A DNA stretch of 64,000 nt from Methylophaga sp. (GTDB lineage Bacteria; Pseudomonadota; Gammaproteobacteria; Nitrosococcales; Methylophagaceae), in the NCBI GenBank assembly GCA_002733105.1, contig NVUI01000008.1:50507-114506 (forward strand). Reading direction: 5' to 3'. Shown here piece after piece: positions 11,067 to 18,504 of the stretch (its first letter is position 1; each line of letters starts with the position of its first letter). The position numbers were made by a program, and so were the translations under genes. The notes under the pieces were generated by a model. The model saw only the letters and a list, made by a program, of their open reading frames with translations. It was not told where the DNA came from and ran no database searches.

Positions 11067-11752
11067 TGAACAGTATATATAGTCCCATTATTCGTGATGG
11101 TCTATGGAAGAACAACCCTGCCTTAGTTCAACTATTAGGTTTATGTCCCTTACTGGCTGTAAGCAATACGGTGATTAATGGTTTGGGATTAGGTCTGGCG
11201 ACTATTTTGACCTTAGTTGCATCTAATGGCTTAGTGTCGTTATTACGACAACATATTCCCGATGAAGCTCGTCTCCCTGTTTTTGTACTAATTATTGCCT
11301 CCATTGTCACCATTATTGAGTTATCAATGAATGCTTGGTTCCATGAACTCTATTTAATCCTTGGTATTTTTATCCCGCTCATTGTGACTAATTGTGCTAT
11401 CACAGGACGCGCCGAAGCTTTTGCTTCCCGTAATCCTGTTGGGCCAGCATTAGTTGATGGTTTTATGATGGGGTTGGGCTTTACTGCCGTGTTAGTTCTG
11501 CTAGGTGCTATGCGAGAATTGATCGGAATGGGTACATTATTCAGCGAAGCTCACTTAATGTTTGGTGCCGCAGCAAAAAACTTAACGATCGTCGTATTTG
11601 ATGACTATCGTGGTTTTCTGCTCGCATTACTACCACCAGGTGCCTTTATTGGTTTAGGCTTAATAGTGGCCCTAAAAAATGTGATTGATGCTCGCCAAAA
11701 AACGGCATCCGCTGAGACGGTTGTAGCCGTTGCTGATCCTGTTGCCAGTTAA
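11066..11752 (+). CDS. rnfE: Rnf complex subunit E
   Basis: [16 protein letters not shown] and [19 protein letters not shown] motifs (RnfE/NqrD family). Confidence 0.95.
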   Translation: MNSIYSPIIRDGLWKNNPALVQLLGLCPLLAVSNTVINGLGLGLATILTLVASNGLVSLLRQHIPDEARLPVFVLIIASIVTIIELSMNAWFHELYLILGIFIPLIVTNCAITGRAEAFASRNPVGPALVDGFMMGLGFTAVLVLLGAMRELIGMGTLFSEAHLMFGAAAKNLTIVVFDDYRGFLLALLPPGAFIGLGLIVALKNVIDARQKTASAETVVAVADPVAS

Positions 11753-12406
11753 TTGATGAATCAATCACAAAGACAGGAATTTTTTGCTACGCTCAAAGCA
11801 CAGAATCCTGAGCCAACCACCGAGCTCAATTACAGCAGTACTTTTGAATTATTAATTGCCGTCATCCTATCAGCACAAGCAACTGATATCGGGGTAAATA
11901 AAGCAACAGATAAACTCTATCCTCTTGCCAATACACCACAGAGTATTATTGATTTAGGTCTTGATGGGCTTAAACAATATATTAAAACCATTGGTTTATA
12001 TAATGGAAAAGCAGCAAATATCATTAAAACTTGCCACCAACTGCTTGAGTTACATGAAGGTGAAGTACCCGAAAATCGTGAAGCGCTAGAGGCCTTACCT
12101 GGTGTCGGGCGTAAAACAGCCAATGTTATTCTTAATACGGTATTTAAACATCCCGTGATTGCTGTCGATACTCACTTATTTCGACTTTCAAACCGTACAG
12201 GTTTAGCTAAAGGCAAAACAGTACGAGCTGTTGAAGATAAACTAATGAAGGTTGTGCCTGCTGAATTTAAGCAAGATGCCCATCATTGGCTTATTTTACA
12301 TGGTCGTTACGTCTGTATCGCCAGAAAGCCGCAGTGTTCAACTTGTGTCGTATCCCATCTCTGTGATGACTTTCGTCGCCAACAAAAAAAGGTTATTAAA
12401 GCCTGA
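11753..12406 (+). CDS. nth: endonuclease III
   Basis: HhH-GPD block (LPGVGRKTANV.LN) and C-terminal Cx6Cx2Cx5C Fe-S cluster. The position after rnfE is conserved. An ATG at 11756 is the more likely start than the TTG at 11753. Confidence 0.95.
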   Translation: MMNQSQRQEFFATLKAQNPEPTTELNYSSTFELLIAVILSAQATDIGVNKATDKLYPLANTPQSIIDLGLDGLKQYIKTIGLYNGKAANIIKTCHQLLELHEGEVPENREALEALPGVGRKTANVILNTVFKHPVIAVDTHLFRLSNRTGLAKGKTVRAVEDKLMKVVPAEFKQDAHHWLILHGRYVCIARKPQCSTCVVSHLCDDFRRQQKKVIKA

Positions 12407-12828
12407 TGTTCGGTCAAAATAGACAACAGTTACGCCAAATGTACCACGATACATGGCAAAAAAAACAAGCTAATGAGTCATTGTCAGCACTAGAATCTAT
12501 GGTTACCCAAGTTATTATTGAACACCCTGAATATCATGCTATATTTAATAGTGAAGCCAGCTTAAGCCAAGAATATTTTGTTGAAAATGGTGAGACCAAT
12601 CCTTTTCTCCATATGGGATTACATATCTCCCTACACGAACAAATATCGACTGATCGCCCAAGCGGTATCCGGATCTTATATCAACAATTACAAACTAAAT
12701 TTGGCAATGCACATGATACCGAACATCATATGATGGAATGTCTAACGGAATCATTGTGGCTTGCCCAGCGTAACAATCAGGCACCTTCAGAATCTGATTA
12801 TCTAATAGCATTACAGAAGTTATTATGA
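12406..12828 (+). CDS. DUF1841-family protein
   Basis: 140-aa soluble protein. It resembles what I remember of DUF1841 proteins (QLRQ...W.K, HPEYH, NPFLHMGLH). The family assignment needs an HMM check. Confidence 0.55.
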   Translation: MFGQNRQQLRQMYHDTWQKKQANESLSALESMVTQVIIEHPEYHAIFNSEASLSQEYFVENGETNPFLHMGLHISLHEQISTDRPSGIRILYQQLQTKFGNAHDTEHHMMECLTESLWLAQRNNQAPSESDYLIALQKLL

Positions 12829-13222
12829 ACAAGCAAATTACAGCTTATATTGAATTTAGTTATAAAGGCAAAAACTTAGTACCTAGTGCTGTGTTGAATC
12901 TTGAACCCTGATGCAACAGCATGGGGCAATCCCTGCACTGCATCAATTATTGGCAAGATTGAATAACATTGATAATTATTCCTACGAATATGAAATGATG
13001 CTGGCTGAAGGCGTCATATTTAGTGATGCGCAAGGGTTAGCACAAAAATTTCTTACCAGTGCTGATTTTGATCAGCTGGGCTTTGGCACTGGCATGAGGA
13101 GGAGGCTTTAGCAAAGCTAGCGCCCATCATTAAACAGCATCTTGATATAACAGATATTGAACAACAGCCCGATCTGAAGACGGTGTTGATAGCCGCCTGG
13201 AAATTAGGTAAAGCGAAATAAT
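12825..13222 (+). pseudogene. small conserved-looking gene broken by two frameshifts
   Basis: Three consecutive coding-like segments lie in three frames. The first is ATG 12825 (ATGA-coupled to the upstream stop) to the stop at 12909-12911. The second is tracked ORF 12911..13111. The third is frame 3, open from 13072 to the stop at 13220-13222 (..WHEEEALAKLAPIIKQHLDITDIEQQPDLKTVLIAAWKLGKAK). Confidence 0.6.
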
Positions 13223-13225
13223 CGT

Positions 13226-14005
13226 TTAGTATTTGAAACCGACTAACATTTCCTCAGCAACCCATGATTGTAAGAAACTAATCGCTTTCATCGGCGTTTG
13301 TTCTTCACTAAAGAAATCCAGTAATTTTTCACATATCACGGCAAAGGTTTCACCCTTCATAGCCAAACTTAATATTGCAATTTCTGCTGTCGATAACACT
13401 CTGTAATGACTAACTAAATCTGATCGTCGCCACAATATCCAAGCCATAGAGGCTGTTTGTTCTATTTTGGGTGGCTCATTTTCTTCGGCCAGTGCTTTCC
13501 AGACAGGAAAGCTATTGTATTGTAACCATAATATTTGCACTGATTTTTGAAAGATGAACTGTAGTGAACCCCAGGCCTTTTCTGGCAATGCAGCCAGATC
13601 ATCTAATGTTGCAAATTGCAGATCTTTAGCATCAAAACTGTCAGCAAAAGCTCGCTCTATGCATGCCAACTCAAAAAGTTCAGCCAATTGATTAAAGGGT
13701 GCTTCATCCCGTACTAGTTCGGGTAGGTTAATACTAAAGTAACGTAAATTAGTCGTATGAGATGGATATTTTTCAATATATCGCTCCATCAATAGATCAA
13801 ATTGATCGTCGCCTAAATAACTTGCCAATTTGTCATAATCAGTCGTAATTGCTTCTTTTAATCTTAATTTATAAGCTGTCGCGTAGATATCAAGCCGACC
13901 CTTTGCTGATAACATGGGCGTTGATTCAATATCATCAATAATAACGGAGGATTCATCCAACAAATAATCCATAAAATGAGTTTGTAAATCCTGTAAAGTT
14001 GGCAT
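13226..14005 (-). CDS. DUF2063-family partner protein of the MNIO enzyme (BufC/HvfC-like)
   Basis: 259 aa, start coupled (shared ATGA at 14005) to the DUF692 gene. The N-terminal LQ..F...L and YR.N/YKLRL motifs are typical of DUF2063 proteins found next to DUF692. Confidence 0.8.
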   Translation of the reverse strand: MPTLQDLQTHFMDYLLDESSVIIDDIESTPMLSAKGRLDIYATAYKLRLKEAITTDYDKLASYLGDDQFDLLMERYIEKYPSHTTNLRYFSINLPELVRDEAPFNQLAELFELACIERAFADSFDAKDLQFATLDDLAALPEKAWGSLQFIFQKSVQILWLQYNSFPVWKALAEENEPPKIEQTASMAWILWRRSDLVSHYRVLSTAEIAILSLAMKGETFAVICEKLLDFFSEEQTPMKAISFLQSWVAEEMLVGFKY

Positions 14006-14874
14006 TACGCAGCCCCTACCAATATCTTATTTCCACTGATTTCTAACTGCTCAGTAGTGAGCACTCGATTGGCAATTTTTTCTGCAATAGCGAGTTCTTG
14101 ATGTAACTCAGAAAAGGGGGGGATATTATCATCTCGCTCAATCATTGTACTGACGGCACCAAAGCGCCCAAGTGCATATTCATATAAATCCCATACCGGA
14201 TCACAGACATCATGATCATGAGTATCAATAATCATCTCGCCATTATAGCTATGGCCAGCGAGGTGAAATTGCATCACACGATCACTGTCTATACCATTCA
14301 CATAGTGTTGTGGTTCAAAATGATGATTATTAGCACTGACAAAAATATTATTAATATCAAGCAAAATATAACAATCTGCCCTTTTTGCTATTTCGTTTAC
14401 AAATTCCCATTCAGCCATTTCAGAATTATTGTAAGTGACATAACTCGATAAGTTTTCAATCAACATTTGCTGACCTATGATGTCCTGAACTTGTTTGATT
14501 CGATCAGCAATATGATCAATCGTCGCTTCATTATAAGGTAGCGGCAGTAGATCATGACTATTAATATGATTCACTGTTGTCCAACACAAATGATCTGAAA
14601 TCCAGTGTGGCTCAATACGATCAATTAATTGTTTAAGTTTTTGTAGATAGGCAGTATTCAAGGGATCTGTACTACCAATAGACATGGAAACTCCATGCAT
14701 TACCATCGGGTAATCTTCGCGTATTTTATCTAGATTTGCCAACGGCTTGCCGCCAGGAATCATGTAATTCTCAGAAATAATTTCAAACCAATCTACCTGA
14801 GGTTTGTTATCAATAACATGTTGATAATGATCCGTACGTAAACCCAAGCCAAAACCTAAAAAAGGACGCGTCAT
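14005..14874 (-). CDS. DUF692-family multinuclear non-heme iron oxidase (MNIO; BufB/HvfB/MbnB-like)
   Basis: Family blocks GFGLGLR..H, VDWFEIISENYM, HGVSMSIGS, ISDHLCW, DLLPLPY, IENLSSY, EWEF, LLDINNIFVSANNH, HLAGH, IDTHDH and MIERDDNIP. An AGGAAA Shine-Dalgarno lies upstream. Confidence 0.92.
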   Translation of the reverse strand: MTRPFLGFGLGLRTDHYQHVIDNKPQVDWFEIISENYMIPGGKPLANLDKIREDYPMVMHGVSMSIGSTDPLNTAYLQKLKQLIDRIEPHWISDHLCWTTVNHINSHDLLPLPYNEATIDHIADRIKQVQDIIGQQMLIENLSSYVTYNNSEMAEWEFVNEIAKRADCYILLDINNIFVSANNHHFEPQHYVNGIDSDRVMQFHLAGHSYNGEMIIDTHDHDVCDPVWDLYEYALGRFGAVSTMIERDDNIPPFSELHQELAIAEKIANRVLTTEQLEISGNKILVGAA

Positions 14875-14890
14875 CGTTTAATTTCCTACT

Positions 14891-15063
14891 CTATTTATCT
14901 GCTTTACCACCTGCATCAGCACATGCTTTTGCCGTCTTACAATCATTATGACCTTTACAGTACACTACATTATAGGCAAAATATTAGCCGTTCTTACTAT
15001 ATTTGTCGCAGCAATCACAAGTGTCGAGCCCGTTAGCTTAGAAAGCTTTATGGCTTCTCTCAT
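14891..15063 (-). pseudogene. frameshifted short paralogue of the Cys-rich precursor (bufferin/DUF2282-like)
   Basis: ATG at 15063 gives MREAIKLSKLTGSTLVIAATNIVRTANILPIM* (stop at 14965-14967). A second frame, open only from 14983, reads [30 protein letters not shown] (stop at 14891-14893). Both halves parallel the intact precursor at 15168..15506, and the DNA block accacctgcatcagcacatgct is shared. Confidence 0.6.
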
Positions 15064-15088
15064 TAATTATCTAAAATCGAGCTTAATT

Positions 15089-15127
15089 AAAAAAACGCCG
15101 TGTCAGTCACAAAAGCACAAACACGGC
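15089..15127 (-). terminator. intrinsic terminator (second of two) after the precursor gene
   Basis: On the minus strand a gccgtgt / acacggc stem (7 bp, 17-nt loop) is followed by G plus U7. Confidence 0.55.
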
Positions 15128-15137
15128 ATTCCTCATC

Positions 15138-15162
15138 AAAAAAATAGCTCATAATGAGCTAT
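15138..15162 (-). terminator. intrinsic terminator immediately after the precursor gene
   Basis: On the minus strand an atagctca / tgagctat stem (8 bp, 3-nt loop) starts 6 nt after the TAA stop and is followed by U7. Confidence 0.6.
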
Positions 15163-15167
15163 CTAAT

Positions 15168-15506
15168 TTATTTACCTGCTGTACCACCTGCATCAGCACA
15201 TGCTTCAGCTGTCATTGCTGCAAAGCCTTGGCCTTTACATGATGCTTGTCCTTTACATGCATTACCGGCTGTTTTACAGTTTGCTTGGCCTTTACATGCG
15301 TTATCTGCTGTTTTGCAATCATTATGTCCTGCACAGGTATTACCAGCAACTTTACAATCATTATGTCCTTTACAAGCTGTCACACCATAACAATGTACAA
15401 GTTCTGCACTCGAAGTACTGGCTCCAGTTGTAGTGGTTGCACAGCCTACTAAACTTGCCGCAGCAATAGCTAGAGCTAGTCCTGTTGTTTTCTTAAGTAC
15501 GCTCAT
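15168..15506 (-). CDS. Cys-rich, internally repeated signal-peptide precursor (bufferin/DUF2282-like), predicted lipoprotein
   Basis: Best start is MSVLKK at 15506, with GGGAGA 7 nt upstream; the tracked ORF start at 15536 has no SD. The signal peptide ends in the lipobox LVG/C22, followed by a Thr/Ser linker and [14 protein letters not shown] (DUF2282-like CYG..K.G.NDC). Four tandem 13-aa C-x5-C modules follow. There are 10 Cys after the lipobox Cys. Confidence 0.8.
   Translation of the reverse strand: MSVLKKTTGLALAIAAASLVGCATTTTGASTSSAELVHCYGVTACKGHNDCKVAGNTCAGHNDCKTADNACKGQANCKTAGNACKGQASCKGQGFAAMTAEACADAGGTAGK
15219..15374 (-). repeat. four tandem 39-bp coding repeats inside the precursor gene
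   Basis: The units are [13 protein letters not shown] / [13 protein letters not shown] / [13 protein letters not shown] / [13 protein letters not shown]. The repeat also creates three spurious plus-strand ORFs. Confidence 0.8.
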
Positions 15507-15723
15507 AAATATCTCCCTTAAAATATTAAATCTCAATTTTGAATCAAAACCCTATTCAATTATTTTTAAATGAATAATGACCAAAAAATGAGGAGGCATA
15601 TTTGCCTCTCCAAGCTAGACGCATGCTAAAAGATTTAGTTACAAAAATGGTCACATATTTCTTTGTTATTATTTCAATTAAGCCATATAGTATTGATATA
15701 TAAATTAATTCTATGGTTATATT

Positions 15724-16728
15724 ATGAAAGCGTATGGTTTTAGCAGCAGCAATTCTCAGCCAATATTGTTTGAGCAACCCACAGCTCAACCAATAGGCCA
15801 TGATCTGCTTATTGAGATTGAGGCTATTGCAATCAATCCTGTTGATATGAAAGTAAAAGCGGGGATTAGCAATACATTGCAGACACCTAAGATAATAGGT
15901 TGGGATGCCTGTGGTACGGTGACCGCTATTGGTGACAAAGTGGTGCTGTTTAAGGTTGGAGATAACGTTTTTTATGCGGGTGATGTCACACGGCCCGGAT
16001 GTTATGCCGACCATCAACTAGTGGATGAACGCATTGTCGGACTCGCACCTAAGTCACTCTCTGCTGCTGAAATTGCAGCAATGCCTTTAACAAGCATCAC
16101 CGCATGGGAAGCCTTATTTTCTCGACTCAAAATCACGCGGGAACACGATGCAGGGAAAACAATTCTGATTATTGGTGGTGCAGGTGGGGTTGGCTCTATT
16201 GCTATTCAGCTGGCTAAAGTTATTGCTGATCTTAATGTTATTACTACAGCGTCAAGGTCTGAAAGTGAAAAATGGTGTTTAAAAATGGGGGCTGATCAGG
16301 TGATTAACCATCATGGGGATTTAGTCCATCAATATCATGCTTTAGCACAACACGATCCTGACTATATTTTATGCCTTAATGATACTGATCGGCATTTTGC
16401 TGCCATGGCAGCGTTAATTGCACCTCAAGGAATGATTTGCAGCATCGTTGGCAGCCAAGAAAAACATGATTTAGACTGTCTTAAGTCTAAAAGTGCCGGT
16501 TTTGTTTGGGAATTTATGTTCACCCGTCCCATGTTTAACACCCATGACATGATTGCTCAACATCATTTACTTAACCAAGTTGCACAATTATTAGATGAAG
16601 GGAAGTTAGTCAGTACTTTAACTCAGATTATTGGCCCGATGACTGCCGACAATATTAATACTGCACATCAAAAAATTCAGACAGGTACAACAATGGGCAA
16701 GCTGGCATTAGCCCCTATATCAGTATGA
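15724..16728 (+). CDS. zinc-binding alcohol dehydrogenase / quinone oxidoreductase family protein (MDR superfamily)
   Basis: GWDA.G.V, GD.VFYAG...RPG..A, PLTSITAWEALF, GGAGGVGSIAIQLAK and TASR.ES..W blocks. Confidence 0.85.
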   Translation: MKAYGFSSSNSQPILFEQPTAQPIGHDLLIEIEAIAINPVDMKVKAGISNTLQTPKIIGWDACGTVTAIGDKVVLFKVGDNVFYAGDVTRPGCYADHQLVDERIVGLAPKSLSAAEIAAMPLTSITAWEALFSRLKITREHDAGKTILIIGGAGGVGSIAIQLAKVIADLNVITTASRSESEKWCLKMGADQVINHHGDLVHQYHALAQHDPDYILCLNDTDRHFAAMAALIAPQGMICSIVGSQEKHDLDCLKSKSAGFVWEFMFTRPMFNTHDMIAQHHLLNQVAQLLDEGKLVSTLTQIIGPMTADNINTAHQKIQTGTTMGKLALAPISV

Positions 16729-16820
16729 TCATAATAAGCAATAATCTCATACATGGCGATAACAACATTATCATCGTATAATTGATGATCTAAATTTAAT
16801 TCTTCAGCTAAGGTTTAATC

Positions 16821-17303
16821 ATGGATACACAAAAATCAAGCAAATTCTTTGTTGGCAGCATCGTTATTTTTCTTATTCTTTTTCTAGTAATTAAAATTAT
16901 TCTTGCCTCAATGCTAGATGTTGGAAAAAATGCTGTTACTCCTGAAAGCATGACAGATGAAGATGTTGTCGAACGAATTAAACCTATTGCTCAAGTTAAT
17001 GTCGGTGCCCCCCCTGTCGTTGAAGTAGCCGTCGTGGCTACGGCTGCCCCCGCGATCAGTTCAGCGGGTGGTGAAAAAACAGTCAAACAAGTCTGCGCTC
17101 TATGCCATCGCACAGGCATGATGAGCTCACCTAAATTAGGTGATGCAGATGGCTGGGCTCCTCGTATTGAGAAAGGTATTGATACACTTTATGCAAATGC
17201 TATAAACGGTTTTAATATGATGCCCGCTCGTGGTGGTAACGCAAGTTTAAGTGATGGTGATGTTAAAGCAGCAGTTGATCATATGCTTTCATTAGTGAAA
17301 TAA
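16821..17303 (+). CDS. membrane-anchored c-type cytochrome (cytochrome c5 family)
   Basis: N-terminal TM helix, a single CALCH heme site, and the downstream GFNMMPARGG block typical of c5. Confidence 0.85.
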   Translation: MDTQKSSKFFVGSIVIFLILFLVIKIILASMLDVGKNAVTPESMTDEDVVERIKPIAQVNVGAPPVVEVAVVATAAPAISSAGGEKTVKQVCALCHRTGMMSSPKLGDADGWAPRIEKGIDTLYANAINGFNMMPARGGNASLSDGDVKAAVDHMLSLVK

Positions 17304-17320
17304 CTCATCTATATAAGATC

Positions 17321-17346
17321 AGCCCGCTCATGTGGGCTTTTTTATT
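17321..17346 (+). terminator. intrinsic terminator after the cytochrome c5 gene
   Basis: Hairpin agcccgc-tcat-gtgggct followed by tttttt. Confidence 0.8.
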
Positions 17347-17381
17347 ATTTTTACTAGACCAGCTCAACTTAGGAAATTTTT

Positions 17382-17885
17382 GTGACTAATAATGATGTTT
17401 TGCGCCGACTCCGTTACACCTTTGATTATAACGATAAAACAATGATTGGGATCTTTGCTGCCGCAGATTCAATAGTGACACGTGAGCAGATCAGCAACTG
17501 GTTAAAAAAAGAAGAAGATCCAGACTATAAAAATTGTAACGATGTTCAGATGGCGACATTCTTAAATGGCTTAATTAATACTAATCGTGGTAAAAAAGAA
17601 GGCGAACAGCCTAAGCCTGAAAAAAAAATCAATAACAACATTATTTTTAGAAAATTAAAAATTGCCTTAAATCTAAGAGATGACAATATTCTAGAAATGC
17701 TTCTTCTGGCAGATTTACGTATCAGCAAGCATGAGCTAAGTGCTTTTTTTCGTAGAGCAGATCATAAACACTTTCGACCTTGTAAAGATCAAATTTTACG
17801 AAACTTTATTCGTGGTATCCAATTAAAATATCGCCCAGATGATGCTCAATCAGACACTGATAATGGCTTTCAGTGGAAAGAATAA
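17382..17885 (+). CDS. DUF1456-family protein (YehS-like)
   Basis: Two repeats of the DUF1456 pattern (NDVLRRLRY.F, NNIIFRKLKIAL) align with E. coli YehS as remembered. The start codon is GTG. Confidence 0.8.
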   Translation: MTNNDVLRRLRYTFDYNDKTMIGIFAAADSIVTREQISNWLKKEEDPDYKNCNDVQMATFLNGLINTNRGKKEGEQPKPEKKINNNIIFRKLKIALNLRDDNILEMLLLADLRISKHELSAFFRRADHKHFRPCKDQILRNFIRGIQLKYRPDDAQSDTDNGFQWKE

Positions 17886-18350
17886 ATGGAGTCGATGTCC
17901 AAAACTGAGTTAACTGCTTCAATCATCGGTGCTTTTGTTGCCATGATTATTGCCAGATTTTTTACCAGTACTATGATTGAAGCTGAATATGAACCGATGA
18001 TTATTGCCTCAACCGGTGCATCAGCAATGTTAATTTTTGGCCTCCCCCACAGCCCCGTTTCTCAACCTTGGAACCTTATAGGAGGTCATCTACTCTCAGC
18101 GCTGGTAGGTGTTACCTGTTATAAATTTATACCTAACGAGCTATTAGCTGCTTCACTTACTATTCCCATAGCAATGCTGCTGATGCATATATGCCGTTGT
18201 ATGCATCCACCTGGCGGTGCAACAGCCATCACTGCTGTTGTAGGTGGTTCAGCTGTTCATTCTCTAGGATTCGTATTCCTATTACTGCCTGTTTTTTTTC
18301 AATTCTATTATTCTTCTATCTATTGCTATGGCAGTAGGAACATTCCGTAA
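17886..18350 (+). CDS. HPP-family membrane protein (C-terminus probably frameshifted at a T8 tract)
   Basis: GASAMLIFG.P.SP.SQPWN..GGH and HPPGGATA motifs. After T8 (18292..18299) the tracked frame reads an implausible FQFYYSSIYCYGSRNIP. The -1 nt frame reads the TM-like FFNSIILLSIAMAVGTFRKDNPFTS and ends at 18372. Confidence 0.8.
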   Translation: MESMSKTELTASIIGAFVAMIIARFFTSTMIEAEYEPMIIASTGASAMLIFGLPHSPVSQPWNLIGGHLLSALVGVTCYKFIPNELLAASLTIPIAMLLMHICRCMHPPGGATAITAVVGGSAVHSLGFVFLLLPVFFQFYYSSIYCYGSRNIP

Positions 18351-18504
18351 AGATAATCCTTTTACCTCCTAAATTACGACCTTCTAAATAGCATTTACAC
18401 TCATCACTATTTAATTCACTTCTGCTTTGTAAAAATAATGTAAATCCTCCATAATCGTTACATCCTTAATCTAGCATTATTAGATTAAATATTTTTATGC
18501 ATAC

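Noticed and set aside
12911-13111. Stand-alone 66-aa gene
   Set aside because: It is better explained as the middle segment of a frameshifted gene spanning 12825..13222, since coding-like frames abut it on both sides.
14948-15154. Plus-strand 68-aa ORF between the MNIO gene and the precursor
   Set aside because: It lies antisense to the decayed precursor paralogue and the two terminator hairpins. It has no RBS and a low-complexity sequence.
15154-15452. Three overlapping plus-strand ORFs (15154..15390, 15200..15433, 15246..15452) with repetitive Leu/Cys/Tyr-rich translations
   Set aside because: They are antisense or frame shadows of the 39-bp repeats in the minus-strand Cys-rich precursor gene. 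None has an RBS or signal peptide, whereas the minus-strand frame has both plus operon context.
15556-16017. Minus-strand 153-aa ORF overlapping the start of the zinc-dehydrogenase gene
   Set aside because: It overlaps a well-supported plus-strand gene by about 300 nt. It has AT-rich codon composition and no recognisable motifs or RBS.
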